Below, in pieces: positions 28,722 to 41,270 of a stretch of 64,000 nucleotides of DNA. The DNA lies in NCBI RefSeq assembly GCF_006345805.1, contig NC_043009.1, forward strand, positions 52,948,001-53,012,000. Reading direction: 5' to 3'. A program made the position numbers and the translations under genes. Origin of the DNA: Octopus sinensis. Taxonomy: Eukaryota. The notes below the pieces were generated by a model that was given only the letters and a program-made list of their open reading frames with translations, was not told where the DNA came from and did not search any database. How positions within the stretch are numbered: the first letter of the stretch is position 1; each line of letters starts with the position of its first letter.

Positions 28722-28911
28722 TACACACTGGCATCGTTTGAATTTGACGCTGGCTTTTCAACGATCAACAGGCATAACGAAGCGAGTAAAAGTTTTAACC
28801 CTGGGTAAACAGCAAGCGTTGCTGATGAGAAATAAGAGAATCGTCTCAAAGGTCGAAATTATATGAGACAGGAATATCGGTAACCTCATTTGTGACTATC
28901 AGCCGCGATGG

Positions 28912-29350
28912 TAAGTGGAAGAATGCTATTTTCTCGGATGAGTCATCTTTTTCCTTATTTCCGACCACCAGCCGAGTATATGTGTGTAGACAGTCGAAAG
29001 AAGTATTTGACCGAGACTGCCTTCTTCCAACTGTTAAACATAGAGGAGGATCTGTGATGATCTAGGGGATATATCTTGGAAATCCTCCGGCCCAATGGTT
29101 TCCTTTCATGGCAGAATTAATAGTAAAGACGTTTTAAGCATTTTATCTGATCAAATTCATCCTATGGTTGTGGAACTATTTCCGGAGGAAACGCAATCTT
29201 TAAGGATGATAATGCACCAATTCACACAGCTAAAGATGTTATTGAATGGCACGAATAATATACTAGTGAAGTTGAACATCTTATCTGGCCACCACGGTCC
29301 CCAGATCTCAATATTATAGAACATTTATGGTGCATTTTAGAAAAACAACT
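28912..29350 (+). pseudogene. Tc1 (DD34E) transposase remnant
   Basis: IFSDES, GGSVMI, DNAPIH, WP-SPDLN-IEHLW motifs. Confidence 0.9.
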
Positions 29351-29599
29351 AAGGAATTAACCTTATTATATAATAATTGAAAAGTTATTCTACTTGATAA
29401 TGATATATACAAATACTAATGACTACGCTATGCACAAATACTGATGACTAAAAGAATAACAATAACGCATAAGATAATTAAATACCTATTTATTCTTATA
29501 TTATACCCTTTCTACGTTATGCTTAATCGGAGCTTAGATACTTTGCATCGCTGTAACTAATTACTTACTTATTATATTAAGCACTTTAATAGAAATTAA

Positions 29600-30560
29600 C
29601 CTTATTATATAATAAAATAATTAAAAGATTATTATTATTATTAATAATTTAAATATTCGAATAACCTTCTAAATTTATGGCAACATCTTAAAGTTAAGTG
29701 TTCATTAAAATGCAGTAAAATTAATTTGGAAGTAATAAAGTATAAAAGATCACAAGTAGAATTACTAATATTATACGATGGTCCATAACTAATAATGGGC
29801 CACTTTAAATCATATTTAATATTCTCATTAATTAAATTCCAAATGCATTTACTAAGATTAGTAGAATTACATTTTCTTCTATATTTAAAGGATTTAGAAT
29901 GATTATAAAATCTAGATTTCCAGCTAGGAGCAGATGAACCAATATACCAATTCTTACGATGCTTAATTATTACTTCACGTTGATAACTATATTCTTTTTT
30001 AAATACTGATTTCCTAAAGGGCATCAATCTTTCTTTACACAGTTACACATGGATTTGTTTACTCGTAAATTGCCTTCATAGTTATAAGAATTTCTGTTAG
30101 TACCTGTCTGTAAAATAGGAGTTAAAGTTGGATTATGATAATAATTATTATTAGAATTAATATTAATACAAAGTAAAAAAAACTAATTATTTAACAGACA
30201 TATAGATTTATCTCTTTAAAATCATTTTGATAAATTATAGAATCTAAACCTTGTTCCGAATGATTATCAATAACATTAATTTCACTATACGTATTATCAG
30301 TTCTACAATTATTTATATATTTAGAATTTTAATATTCTCTAATTCTCTGTTTATTTTGTGCTGCAATAATCTTAGCTAAATTTCTGGTGGCTGAATACGC
30401 AAACTTAAGACTATGTCTTTTAAATAATTAGCCATATTTACTTGAAGGTGGGATATACCTAATTAGTGCTGCAAAGAATTTGAGAGGGATAATAGAAGCT
30501 ATTGAATATGAAAATGGAGCATTATTCCATATAACATTTGTTGATTTCTTATTATTTCTA
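29600..30560 (-). pseudogene. Decayed Penelope-like element C-terminus/endonuclease
   Basis: VIWNNAPFS, KFAYS, WYIG, SRFYNHSKSF, STNLSKCIW, KWPII and YN-C motifs. Confidence 0.75.
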
Positions 30561-30636
30561 TAAACATTTTCGTCAGTATTACTTTTATTAAAATTGAGTT
30601 GTTTCCTATTATAATTTTTATTCAGAAATTTGTAAC

Positions 30637-30700
<64 letters not shown>

Positions 30701-31330
30701 GTTGTTGTTGTTGTTTTTGTTGTTATTATTTCTATCTAAATTTTTAGTTTTCTTATAATCTTTATTGATTTTCAATGTCTCTATAAATTCTATCATTTTC
30801 TATAACGATATGATGGTATTATACTCCATTTTCATATTCAATAACTTCTAATATTCTCGTAAGTTCTTTGCAGCGTACACAAGCAATATTTCACACTCCG
30901 ATACTTCTAAGAGGAACCATGAACCGCGCTGCCAACCCTACCAAGGTAGCTTCTTTTCCTGAGCGTGAACATTGAATATATACAACACAAAAACTTCACA
31001 CGTAGAAGAAACATGCTCTCCTGATGAACTTACTCATCAGGAAAACGTAGAAACATCACATATACCCATAATATAATATAATATATAATGTAAATGAATT
31101 CACCATCCAACACAGGAGTCGAATCCAAGGGAGATAATCACTCAAATGTGTCACCCAAGAGTAGCACCCCTTGATTTCTTGCTTTCTTTATGAAACTTTC
31201 TGGGAATTCATGAGACTTTTCCCGAGACTGTATTTTCATCCAATATGGAGACGAAAACCATCCCTCCATGTGATCGTCTAGAAAGATTAGGATATTAAGA
31301 TATTTTTCTTAACATGAAAGCAATGGTAGC

Positions 31331-31610
31331 TGTGGGATGACGTCAGCAGCTGGGTGCGTTGACCGGAAGTTGGGGCAACCGGAAGGGGCAGCCGTGAGGC
31401 GTGCGCAGGGAGCGGGGATTTCGGCCTTTCTAACGAGGGTCGTCGAGGTGTTAAGACGTGTGAAGACGTTGCTAAGGTTGGGTGAAGCAGCTGCTATCTT
31501 TAGCGTTCGGGTCGGGGCTGTGACTAAGGATCCGTTACCACTGAAGGGTCTCTATCAGAGCGAAGAGAAGGTAGGTGCCTTTATATATCGACTATCTCGC
31601 ACACACCACA
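31331..31610 (+). repeat. 5' LTR (TG...CA)
   Basis: About 8 differences from the 3' LTR by manual count; TGACGTCA and CCGGAAGT motifs; TATA-like run near the 3' end. Confidence 0.95.
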
Positions 31611-31645
31611 AGCTATTTCGGCATTCCACGTAAGTCGTCACCACG

Positions 31646-32388
31646 ATGTCTGCAAAAATCAGGATCGCCAGCGACATCATCAGACCCTTTAATGGCGAAG
31701 GCGATGTAGTGGCCTGGATGCGTAAAATCAGGCTGGTGGCAAGACTGCAAGGTATAAGTGATGTGGCAAGTCTTATGGCGCTGTATTTAGAAGGGAGCGC
31801 GTTAACGCTATACCTTGAGATGGACGAGGAAGAACGTCTGAGCGAGGAAACGATAGAGCAACGATTGCGGGATGCCTACACAGAATGTGAATACACAGCT
31901 TTTGCTAAGCTGGGTACGATTCGGTGGACGGGGGGACAAGTGGATGAGTATGCGGCAGAAGTTAGAAGGTTAGCGACGCTGGCTGGGTTTACAGGAGAAG
32001 GGCTGGAGAGAGAGCGGCGCGGCTGGCGTTCGTAAATGGGTTCCCCGACGATGTAGGGATTCACCTACAACGATTACCCGGGATTAAAAAGATGGCGCTG
32101 AGCGAACTGGTGACTCAAACCCGCGTGTTGACGTGACACTCTGGGCGGAAGGCGATGGCAGTGACGGAGGTGCGTAAAGACGGACGACGACCGGAGAAAG
32201 ACGTACAGAAGCGGCCGTTCACAGGTCGGTGTTTTAGATGCCAGGGGTCGCACATGGCGCGGGACTGTACGCAACCGGGGCCCGTTTGCTATCGATGCAG
32301 GCAGACAGGGCACATCGCCCGTGATTGCGACCAGGGAAACGACTGCGGGGAAGTTGCTGCCTCTCGAACTTTCCCCGCAAACGAGTAG
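31646..32388 (+). pseudogene. gag: gag with two CCHC zinc knuckles (one frameshift and one stop)
   Basis: CFRCQGSHMARDC and CYRCRQTGHIARDC. Confidence 0.9.
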
Positions 32389-32392
32389 AGGC
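32334..32392 (+). promoter_or_regulatory. Predicted -1 ribosomal frameshift signal: GGGAAAC plus H-type pseudoknot
   Basis: Heptamer is in the correct gag frame and -1 enters the protease frame. Stem1 32344-32355/32367-32379; stem2 32359-32364/32387-32392. Confidence 0.8.
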
Positions 32393-35172
32393 GCTATTGG
32401 AGACGCTGCCATTGATGGACGTGGAGGCCGAGGGGAAGACGTTCAAGGCCCTCGTGGATACGGGCTGTACGACCACCCTTGTGACTTCAAGGGTGACGAA
32501 GGAATGGAACGAGGCAAGTAGCGTCTGGGCGGTCGACGGCAGCGAAATCCGTTGCAGAGGCAGCAGCAAGGTAGAGATTGTGGTGCGCGGCGCGACGCTA
32601 AGGCTGCAGGTAATTGTGGCTGAACGCGTGATAGATGGTGTTGATGTGGTGATGGGGATGGACGCCATCAACTGCCTTGGTGGCGTCGGTGTTGTGGGAA
32701 ATGAGGTCACGTTCGGAAGCGTGGGGGCGTCGTGCACTGCGAGCCAGGATCGCCAGAGAGAGCAGAGCCCCGCGAGGGACTCCACCGCTTACACCATCGA
32801 GGACAAAGACTTTCAGGCGGCGTTCGATGGTCAGTGGTGGACGATAGAGTGGCGATGGAAGGACGAGCCCCCGACGCTGGAAAACTGGGTGAGCTGTTAC
32901 CAGCATACCCTGAAAGGCCACGCCAGGGTTGAGTTTGAAGACGAGGTGGAGAGGTGAATCGAGGAAGGGGTCCTTGTCCCTTGGAAGGAGGAGGTAACGG
33001 GCGGAGTGCTACCCCTGATGGCGGTGGTGCAGCCTACGAAGGGAAAAGTCAGACCGGTGTTGGACTTCAGGGAGCTAAACCAGCATATACCATGTCACAC
33101 GGGAGGTGAGGCGACAGACGTTTGTGGAGAGACGTTACGTGCGTGGAGACAGTCGACCGAGGCAGCGACGATTGTCGACTTGAAATCGGCATACTTGCAG
33201 CTGCATGTGAGCGACAAACTGTGGCGATATCAGCTGGTGCGGTACAAAGGCGCCGGACGTACTGTTTAACCAGACTGGGTTTTGGGCTGAATTCCGCTCC
33301 GAAGATCATGGCGGCAGTGCTTAAGTCCGTCCTAGGGAAAGACGACAAGATTAGAAAGGCCACCAGCTCCTACATTGACGACATTTTGGAGGACGAAACT
33401 GTAGTGCCAGCCAACGAGGTAGTTAGACATCTGGAGAAGTTCGGACTTATTGAGAAGCCACCGGAGTCGATGGAAGGGGGAGCCGCGCTGGGGCTGAAGC
33501 TGAGAAGAGATAGATCGGGTGAATTGGTGTTCCGGAGAGGGAATGAAATCCCAGAGCTGAGTTCTAGCGTCAGCAGGAGAGAGCTGTTCTCGGTGTGTGG
33601 GAAGTTGGTCGGTCACTACCCGATCGCCGGATGGCTGCGCACGGCGTGTAGTTACACCAAGAGACGAGAAGAGGGGCAGAGTTGGGGCGACAAGGTGGGA
33701 GAAGGGACGGTGGCGATGATGCAGGAAATCCTAGAGAGGACGAGAGCGGAAAACCCGGCCAGGGGGAACTGGTACGTGCCCAAGACGGAATGCGGGACCG
33801 TCTGGTGTGATGCTAGCAGTATAGCGATAGGGGTTGTGTTGGCAATCGAAGGTGCTGCGGTGGAGGACGCGGCCTGGCTTCGGAAAGCAGATGATTTCAA
33901 CCACATCAATGTCGCCGAATTAGACGCGGTGCTGAAAGGGTTGAACTTGGCCCTGAAATGTGGGCTGCGCACAATTGAAATCCGGACGGATTCGGCCACT
34001 GTGCTTGGCTGGGTAGGATCGGTGATCACCGGTGAAAGGAGAGTGCGGACGAAAGGTGTCGCGGAGATGTTAGTGAAGCGCCGTCTAGGAGTTCTAGATG
34101 AATTGATCGCCGAGTTCGGACTGAAGCTGAATGTGGTTTTCGTGCCTTCGGAGAAAAACAGGGCGGACGCACTGACCAGGGTGAAAAGAGCGTGGTTGGA
34201 AGAACCGGAGGAGGCTCGGAAAGGGATAGCTGCGGCGTGTCGGTTGGATGACTCCGAACTGAAGAGACTGCACGCTATGCATCACCTGGGTGTGGACAGG
34301 ACCCTGTATCTGCCGAAGAAAATTGATGCTGACGTCACTAGGAGAAGCATCCGGAAGGTGGTCAGGAACTGCGACAGGTGTCAGTCCATCGACCCTGCTC
34401 CGTGTGGGCATGAACAGGGAAGCCTTTCGGTGGAGCAGAACTGGAAAAGGCTAGCTGTGGATGTGACACACTACCGTCAGGGAATGTACCTCTCCATGGT
34501 CGACTGCGGGCCAGGCCGGCTGGCCATTTGGAGGGAGTTAAGAACGGGCATTGCTGACGAGATCACGCAGATCCTGAACGGGATATTTTTAGAGAGAGGT
34601 CCCGTGGAAGAACTACTGATGGACAACGGGGCGGCGTTTCGTTCGGAAGCATTGAGGGTTATGCTTGATCGGTGGAATGTGCGTCGCTTGTTCAGAGCAG
34701 CGTATAGGCCGAGCGGCAACGGGATCGTGGAGAGGCCATAGCGGAAAGAGGGCGCATTTCGCCGCTTGAAGCAGTTTTTTGGTACAACTTGTCTCCCCGA
34801 TCTGGACAAGCTGAGGAATCTGTGCCGCAGAGAGCTCTGTTCAAATATGAATGGAGGCACCCGAGCAAAGCGTCGGAGGGTCACGAGGAAGAAAAGGGAC
34901 CCGTTCGCGTGAAAATAGGGGAGGAAGTCTGGGTTAAGCCACCAAAGGCGCGCTGTACGTCTCAATGGAGCAGAGGAACGGTGACGGCGGTCAATTCCAG
35001 AAACAACGTATCCGTGGATGGAATGCCGCGACACGTCTTGGACCTTCGCAGGATTGTCGCTTCGACGGACGACGATTCTGGAGAGGGGGAACGAGGTGCC
35101 CAGCTTGAGAAGATCTCGACGCGCAAGGCACCCTCCCGGTTGGATGGTGGACTACGACATGGAGCGGAGTGA
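32340..35172 (+). pseudogene. pol: pol (protease, RT, RNase H, integrase) with stops, frameshifts and a deletion
   Basis: ALVDTG; RPVLDFRELN, DLKSAY, YIDD; WCDAS, AELDAV, TDS; HHCC zinc finger, VDV, MDNG, NGIVER. Confidence 0.93.
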
Positions 35173-35198
35173 TTGTGATCTTTAAGATCAGGGTGGCG

Positions 35199-35478
35199 TG
35201 TGGGATGATGTCAGCAACTGGGTGCGTTGACCGGAAGTCGGGGCAACCGGAAGGGGCAGCCGTGAGGCGTGCGCAGGGAGCGGGGATTTCGGCCTTTCTA
35301 ACGAGGGTCGTCGAGGTGTTAAGACGTGTGAAGATGTTGCTAAGGTTGGGTGAAGCAGCTGCTATCTTTAGCGTTCGGGTCGGGGCTGTGACGAAGGATC
35401 CATTACCACTGAAGGGTCTCTATCAGAGCGAAGAGAAGGTAGGTGCCTTTATATATCGACTATCTCGTACACACCACT
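35199..35478 (+). repeat. 3' LTR (terminal CA mutated to CT)
   Basis: Preceded by a purine-rich AAGATCAGGGTGGCG (PPT-like); followed by the TSD. Confidence 0.95.
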
Positions 35479-35860
35479 GTAGCCTTAATACACAAATAAA
35501 GAAATTTTATCCCCTAATTAGGTGTTGAACGCCCATTTTCATCGTTCAACATATACATTATGATGAGACCCCAATAATGTTCGAAAATCGATTAAGGTTA
35601 TTCATGATTTTTTCAATCTACGGAGGAATAGCTAAATTAGCTCTTTTTTTATATATCTACTAGATGGGGTTACATACATACATGCGTACATAAGTTCATA
35701 CAAACGCACGCATTCTAAAAAAAGTGAAGGAATTCCACGCAGTTCCCAACAACTAAGTTTAACACACTAGCTTGTGTCAAGTTGATCTACTTGGTCTTAG
35801 GTCATCCATTTACTCATACGAAGGTTAATGGTCACAGATACTTCTTTAGGAAGTATAAAT

Positions 35861-36899
35861 GGTTAATATCTAGATCCGCACCCGGTGGAAAAAATGGAAA
35901 CGCAAATGTGTAACAGTTGTAAGGCATCGTATATTGACGTAATAAGACGGAAAAAAAGGGCGCTGACGAACAGGGGTGGGGGAGGGGGGGTCGGACGGGG
36001 AGGGGGGGGGGGTCGGAAAATTCCCAGGACAACGTTAAAGAATTTGAAATAGAAGCGTGGTAGATTTGTTGAAAATAATCAGCAAATCTACCACGCATGT
36101 GGTAAGTACAGATTATATTTTCCCAATATTATTGATTGTCACAGAATAATTATCAATCGCAACTTCAAAAATTCAAATTCCATTACTTCAGTTTTCACTT
36201 TTTGTTTGTAAAATAAAAAAAAAATATATATATAGACTAGCAGTATCGCCCGGCGTTGCTCGGGTTTGTAAGGGAAATAACTATAAAGCATTTTTAGCAA
36301 AAATATTGAAAAATATTGAAAATAGCAAAAAAATTGAAATTCTCGACCCCATGTCGAATTTATCGATTTTTTTCAGAACTGGGGGAACTTTTCAAAATTT
36401 TCTCTGCGTTAGTTTTGAATTATGACATTGGGCTATGTGTGTGTCAAGTTTCATCAGAATCGGTTGAAAGCCGTGGTCAGGGTGAGGGTACAACCTGACA
36501 GACACACAGAAAAACTGCCGTTTATATATAGAGATTTTTAGAGAGTTACTTCCCTTATGCCAACAATGCGTTTAAATGGTGAAAATTGATGGTAAATTTT
36601 TCTTTAAATCGTAGGCAATTTTCCGAGCGCCCCCCCCCCCCGTTTGTCAGCGCGCTTTTTTTTCGTCATATTCCTTCAATATACGATGCCTTACACCTGT
36701 TACACATATTTTTTTCCATTTTTGCCACCTGGGCGTGGATCCTCTACGGTTGATCCTGGGAATTTTCCGACCCCCCCACCCCACCCCCGTTCGTCAGCGC
36801 CCTTTTTTTACGTCTTATTCCGTCAATATACGATGCCTTACAACTGTTACACATTTGCGTTTCCATTTTTTCCACCGGGTGCGGATCTAGATATTAACC
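35861..36899. mobile_element. Probable DNA transposon with ~150-170-bp inverted ends, containing a Helitron-like insert (36236-36535)
   Basis: 35861-36029 is the reverse complement of 36754-36899. Confidence 0.6.
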
Positions 36900-37240
36900 G
36901 TATAAATTCTATGGACTGAATTATTTCTCCCTGACCTAAAAATCCTTTAGACATAGTCACATCTTCCAGCCGACCTCCGAGTGCTATGGATGTAACCATT
37001 CTTCGATATCTACACATGCAAATGACGCAAAGTTCGTTAAAATTTACAAAGATTATAGACCCAAGCACTTCTAAAGACATTTCCAGTTCTTCCAAATCGA
37101 CGAAGATTATAGAAACAGCAACATGTTGTGAACCTAGAAACGCCAAGTTGCAGTCACTTTTTCCAGAAATACAAAAAGCTATGGAGATAGCAACTCCTTT
37201 ACTCTTTTACTCTTTTACTTGTTTCAGTCCTTTGACTGCG

Positions 37241-37414
37241 GCCATGCTGGAGCACCGCCTTTAGTTGAGCAAATCGACCCCGGGACTTATTCTTTGTAAG
37301 CCCAGTATTTATTCTATCGGCCTCTTTTGCCGAACCGCTAAGTGACGGCAACGTAAACACACCAGCATCGGTTGTCAAGCAATGCTAGGGGGACAAACAC
37401 AGACACACAAACAT

Positions 37415-37453
<39 letters not shown>

Positions 37454-37695
37454 CATATATACACACACACATATATACATATATACACACACACATATAT
37501 ACATATATACACACACACATATATACATATATACGAGGGCTTCTTTCAGTTTCCGTCTACCTAATCCACTCACAAGGCTTTGGTCGGCCCGAAGATATAG
37601 TAGAAGACACTTGCCCAAGATGCCACGCAGTGGGACTGAACTCGGAACCATGTGGTTGGTAAGCAAGCTACTTACCACACAGCCACTCCTGCGCC
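37241..37695 (-). mobile_element. SINE family A, full length
   Basis: Match to the other copies. Confidence 0.92.
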
Positions 37696-38039
37696 TTTCT
37701 GAATAAACTATTAAAAATAAACGACAGCAACAACAACAACAACAACCAACAACTGTAATATTTCTGACATTTATTTTCTTATAACAAATCAGGATCTCTT
37801 TTGAGGTGGGCTGGGTAAGAATAAAGAGTATTGTAGGTGATTATATGGATCTAATAATTGATTAGTATGTTAAGGATCTTCGGAAATATCATGTCTGACA
37901 TGTTATGCAAAGTCTATTAAAAGTTAACAGGCAATTTATCGACATCAGTACATGACTGTTATTTTAATAATGAAAATAATAATAATAATAATAATAATAA
38001 TGGGATTAATCGTTGAATAAGTCATTGAGATTTCTTTAG

Positions 38040-38238
38040 CTAGTTAGCAAAAAGTAAGATTAGAAACAACAGGGAAATGAAGGAGATATTTGGAAGTGGT
38101 TTTATACCGGATGAATCTTTAATGTTGATTGATCTACATTTGTCGGACATTATATCATAGTTGTGGACTTGAAATAATTTCGTAATCTTCTCTGGACACT
38201 TAAAGTCGGCCATGTTTTCAATTCCTTCTTTCAAAAGT
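38040..38238 (-). CDS. Paralog 1 terminal exon: LLKEGIENMADFKCPEK...DKCRS...ISFISLLFLILLFAN*
   Basis: Acceptor TTTTATCTTTTCAG; 1+66 codons (phase 2) matching the upstream donor; homologous exon at 49800-49992. Confidence 0.85.
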
Positions 38239-38637
38239 CTGAAAAGATAAAAATATCGTCTTAAAAGTTTCATTTTAAGTTCCACAAAAACAATGACAGC
38301 AATAGGTAATTAAGTACAATTTGATACCAGGGATGGAGCAATGGATATTTAATGTGTAAACTTTGATTACATATTTATAATGGGACTATATAGGTTTTAG
38401 TTTATTCTTCGGATCTCACTTCCGGTTGTTATTTCACAAAATATAATATATCACAACTGTGACATATCTTATGAGATATTCAAGAAAGGGAGTGGAATTT
38501 GTAAGAAAATACTGGTGTGAGACGTATTTTAAAACATTTTTGGTATATTAATGAAACGATTCTAATTTAGCAACATACAAATGTATTTTAATAAAAAAAT
38601 TGTGCGTATTTTCTCGGTAAGTTTTCTTATGAGATTT

Positions 38638-39140
38638 TTATGAATCGATTTTCAGCATCGATGATTGCTTCAATGCCGGACAGAAGTCCTTGAAATTGCT
38701 TGCACTAAATGGTTCCTATTGGTTTTGGATACCACCTGGACAATGACCGCTTTCAGTGAAGCTACGGTATTGCGATGATGTCGATTAGTCGCCTATTCAA
38801 TAATATTCTGTGATTAAATCTGACAAGTTTGGAGTGTACAAGTTCGGTGTTAGGTGATCGTAATGATATCCTGACATCCATTCTTGGGTTACGTGGGCTT
38901 TGTAAAATGCTGCCGAGTATTACTAAAACACGTATGGCATTCTGCTGCGTTACTTCATCCAGGTTTTAAAAACTGTCTCTAACACCTCAACGTATGCATC
39001 AACATTGGTTCTAATACTTTTGAGATAAAGACATGAACATTTATATTTGACATACTCCCGTGCACTAGACAAATGCAGCGAACGTTTTCCCACCTTCGAT
39101 GAGGAGTTTGTCAAATATAAATGCACGCCGCTCTTTCTTT
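38638..39140 (-). pseudogene. maT/DD37D-like transposase remnant in paralog 1 intron
   Basis: DAYVEVLETV, TQEWMS, NRHHRNTVASLKA and EAIIDAE-like C-terminal motifs. Confidence 0.65.
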
Positions 39141-39337
39141 TTTTGTGTGTGCATATTATACATCTGTCTGTCTGTGTAAACGCATATATTAATAGGCGTA
39201 CGAAGTTATCATTCGCAGCTACATCCATCGCATATTAGAATCTACCTCAAAGTGGATATTAATATTATAACTGGTGATGTAAAATCCTTTTCACAACTAG
39301 CGCATGTTAAAATTCTGTAGAAGAGGTTGTATATATA

Positions 39338-39731
39338 TATACATATAAAGCTGAAGTTGTCTGTGTGTGTGGTAGGTTTGGTAGCCTTCAACTAACACTA
39401 TCTATTCCGAGACCCTACAGCGCAAGTTGACCAAAATTGAGAACATGATAGAAGAAGGCTTGCTCTTCATTCTGTAGAAGAAAAAATTCAAATCGGACCA
39501 TGTTAAGACTAAAAATTATTTACATCAAACAGGTGCTTTTTTTCTATGAAAATCCCTAATTTTTACGATTTTTTGACTGCTGTGTCGCGATTTTTCAGTG
39601 TATTTCAATCAGAAAAATGTTCCCTTAAAAGAATAACAAGCTACATAATGCAAGATTTTTACTTACAAGATTCCAATTCTAAAGGGTCGAAAAGAAAACA
39701 AACCCGATCAACGCCGGGCTATACCGCTAGT
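39338..39731 (-). mobile_element. Helitron-like element (related family)
   Basis: Minus-strand ACTAGCGGTATAGCCCGGCGTTGATCGGG start. Confidence 0.6.
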
Positions 39732-39914
39732 ATATATATATTATAGCATATTACTGTTATCTATTATTATACCAACTGGGAGAGCTGGAAGTCAACCCCA
39801 ATGAGATCCGAAGTAAAGACGTTGAGTTTTGAATCTAATTGCATTAAAACTCTAACGTGTCTCTTAATCATCACTCGTGTATCATTAAATAATCGAAACA
39901 TTTTCGCTACATAC

Positions 39915-40086
39915 GGACAATATTTCTTGTAGTATTCTTCTCTTGTAATTTTATAATATCTCTGCTGCATAAATAAGTCTTTTCCTTTCTCGAAGAGCCG
40001 CTGAAATTTCTTTAATCCATTCATTGAGCTATTGAATACTGCAGTCGTTATCTTTTGTATGAAACATGGCATACCATCAAATACAG
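39915..40086 (-). CDS. Paralog 1 exon: VFDGMPCFIQK...REEYYKKYC
   Basis: TTTCAG acceptor, GTATGT donor, 172 nt (2+56 codons+2); same length as 52150-52321. Confidence 0.88.
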
Positions 40087-40379
40087 CTGAAATAGATTTA
40101 AGGAAAAAGTGCTATAGATTACCATTTTATTTATGATTTGTTTATGTATATGAATTTGTTTTATTCCGTGTGTGTGTGTGTGTGTGCACGCGCATATACG
40201 CGGTGAATATTTCGCAGGTGTAATAGAGAATATACAAGTTGAGATTCGCATGTAATGATGTTATAAAAACAAAAGGAAAAAGTTAAGAGGTGTAGTGTTT
40301 GTAACATCGACATTTACCACCCTGTCGGCAAAGTAATTGCTGTTTAGGATTGTATCTTGGGCGTAGGAGAACCGTATCG

Positions 40380-41270
40380 GTACACAGCCCTGATAAGCAC
40401 TGTTCTAAAAGAATATAGGAGCAAAAATTGACCACGAGAAAGCAGTAGGCCTGTAGTGTGGCCCCTCGACAGATTATCAGTTAAAATGCTGGGGGTTTTG
40501 GTCCAGAATTCTAGGTGGACAAAAACTAGGGCAAGGTCACGAGATATGGAGAGAAACATATCTCTGAAAAGCCGGGTGGAAGTGAAGAATCCTCACATCG
40601 CTTCCATCATACATTACATCCCGACCGTCGTGTCTTGTCCCGGTTTACGTCCAACCAAACTGGAGCGCATACTCTTCCGACTTCTTTGGAACGGATGCGT
40701 TCCACTGGTCAAGGCGCGCCATTTGCTGTCAATATACACTGAACGGAGGACTGGGCATGCCGTGGCTGCTGATGCGCAGACATGCGCTGAGGCTACGATT
40801 TCTTCAGTGCTTCTTTGACGGTGAGTAGGTGTGGTCGCCGTTTGTAAGACAGGATTATTCACAGCTCGTCTCTTTGACTGAGCTGCAGTCCTGGATCAAG
40901 TATACACCGAGGCAGAGCACCTGGCACCTAAAGTGTCGTTATCAGAGCACCTGGCACCTAAAGTGTCGTTATCAGAGCACCTGGCACCTAAAGTGTCGTT
41001 ATCAGAGCACCTGCACCTAAAGTGTCGGTTGTGACACCTAAAGTGTCATAATCGCCTGTCAGCCCGCCAATGCAGTCGGTAGAATTTCCACTCTGGTGTT
41101 ATGTAAGGCTCAGTAGCAGGAAAGTGTGATAACGTTCTCGGGGAGATTCTAGGTATCGACGAGAATGAGCTGAACGATCTGTTCTGGAGGACTTTCAGTT
41201 CGGAGCCTATGGATAGTTTCCAGAAATCGTTGACTGGGGTGGGGGTGGGGGGTCATTGCTTGCTCGGGAT
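40380..41270 (+). pseudogene. L1/Tx1-like LINE remnant
   Basis: KLERILFRLLWNG-VPLV followed by GLGMPWLLMRRHALRL in a shifted frame. Confidence 0.65.
40913..41030 (+). repeat. 30-bp tandem repeat, ~3.8 copies (CAGAGCACCTGGCACCTAAAGTGTCGTTAT)
   Basis: Direct inspection; no spacers. Confidence 0.95.

Larger units (their letters stand above)
31331..35478 (+). mobile_element. Full-length compact Ty3/gypsy-type LTR retrotransposon (4148 bp), now disrupted
   Basis: 280-bp LTRs, GTAGC TSD (31326-31330 and 35479-35483), gag-PR-RT-RH-IN order. Confidence 0.95.

Noticed and set aside
28815-28870. CTGATGA...GAAA as a hammerhead
   Set aside because: No stem I or stem III; lies in a Tc1-type inverted end.
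31337-31633. ORFs in both LTRs (also 35169-35528)
   Set aside because: They lie within LTR sequence, have no recognisable domain and are expected by chance at this GC content.
33122-33260. N-terminus of the 539-aa ORF
   Set aside because: Out-of-frame read-through; true RT sequence is in the 33006 frame until a frameshift near 33250.
38638-39140. Extra exon of the duplicated gene (conserved in both copies)
   Set aside because: Full of stops and matches transposase C-terminal motifs; the flanking exons already splice in phase without it.
40913-41030. 30-bp repeat as a CRISPR-like array
   Set aside because: Units are contiguous with no unique spacers; it is a local tandem duplication in a Tx1-like LINE in a eukaryotic context.
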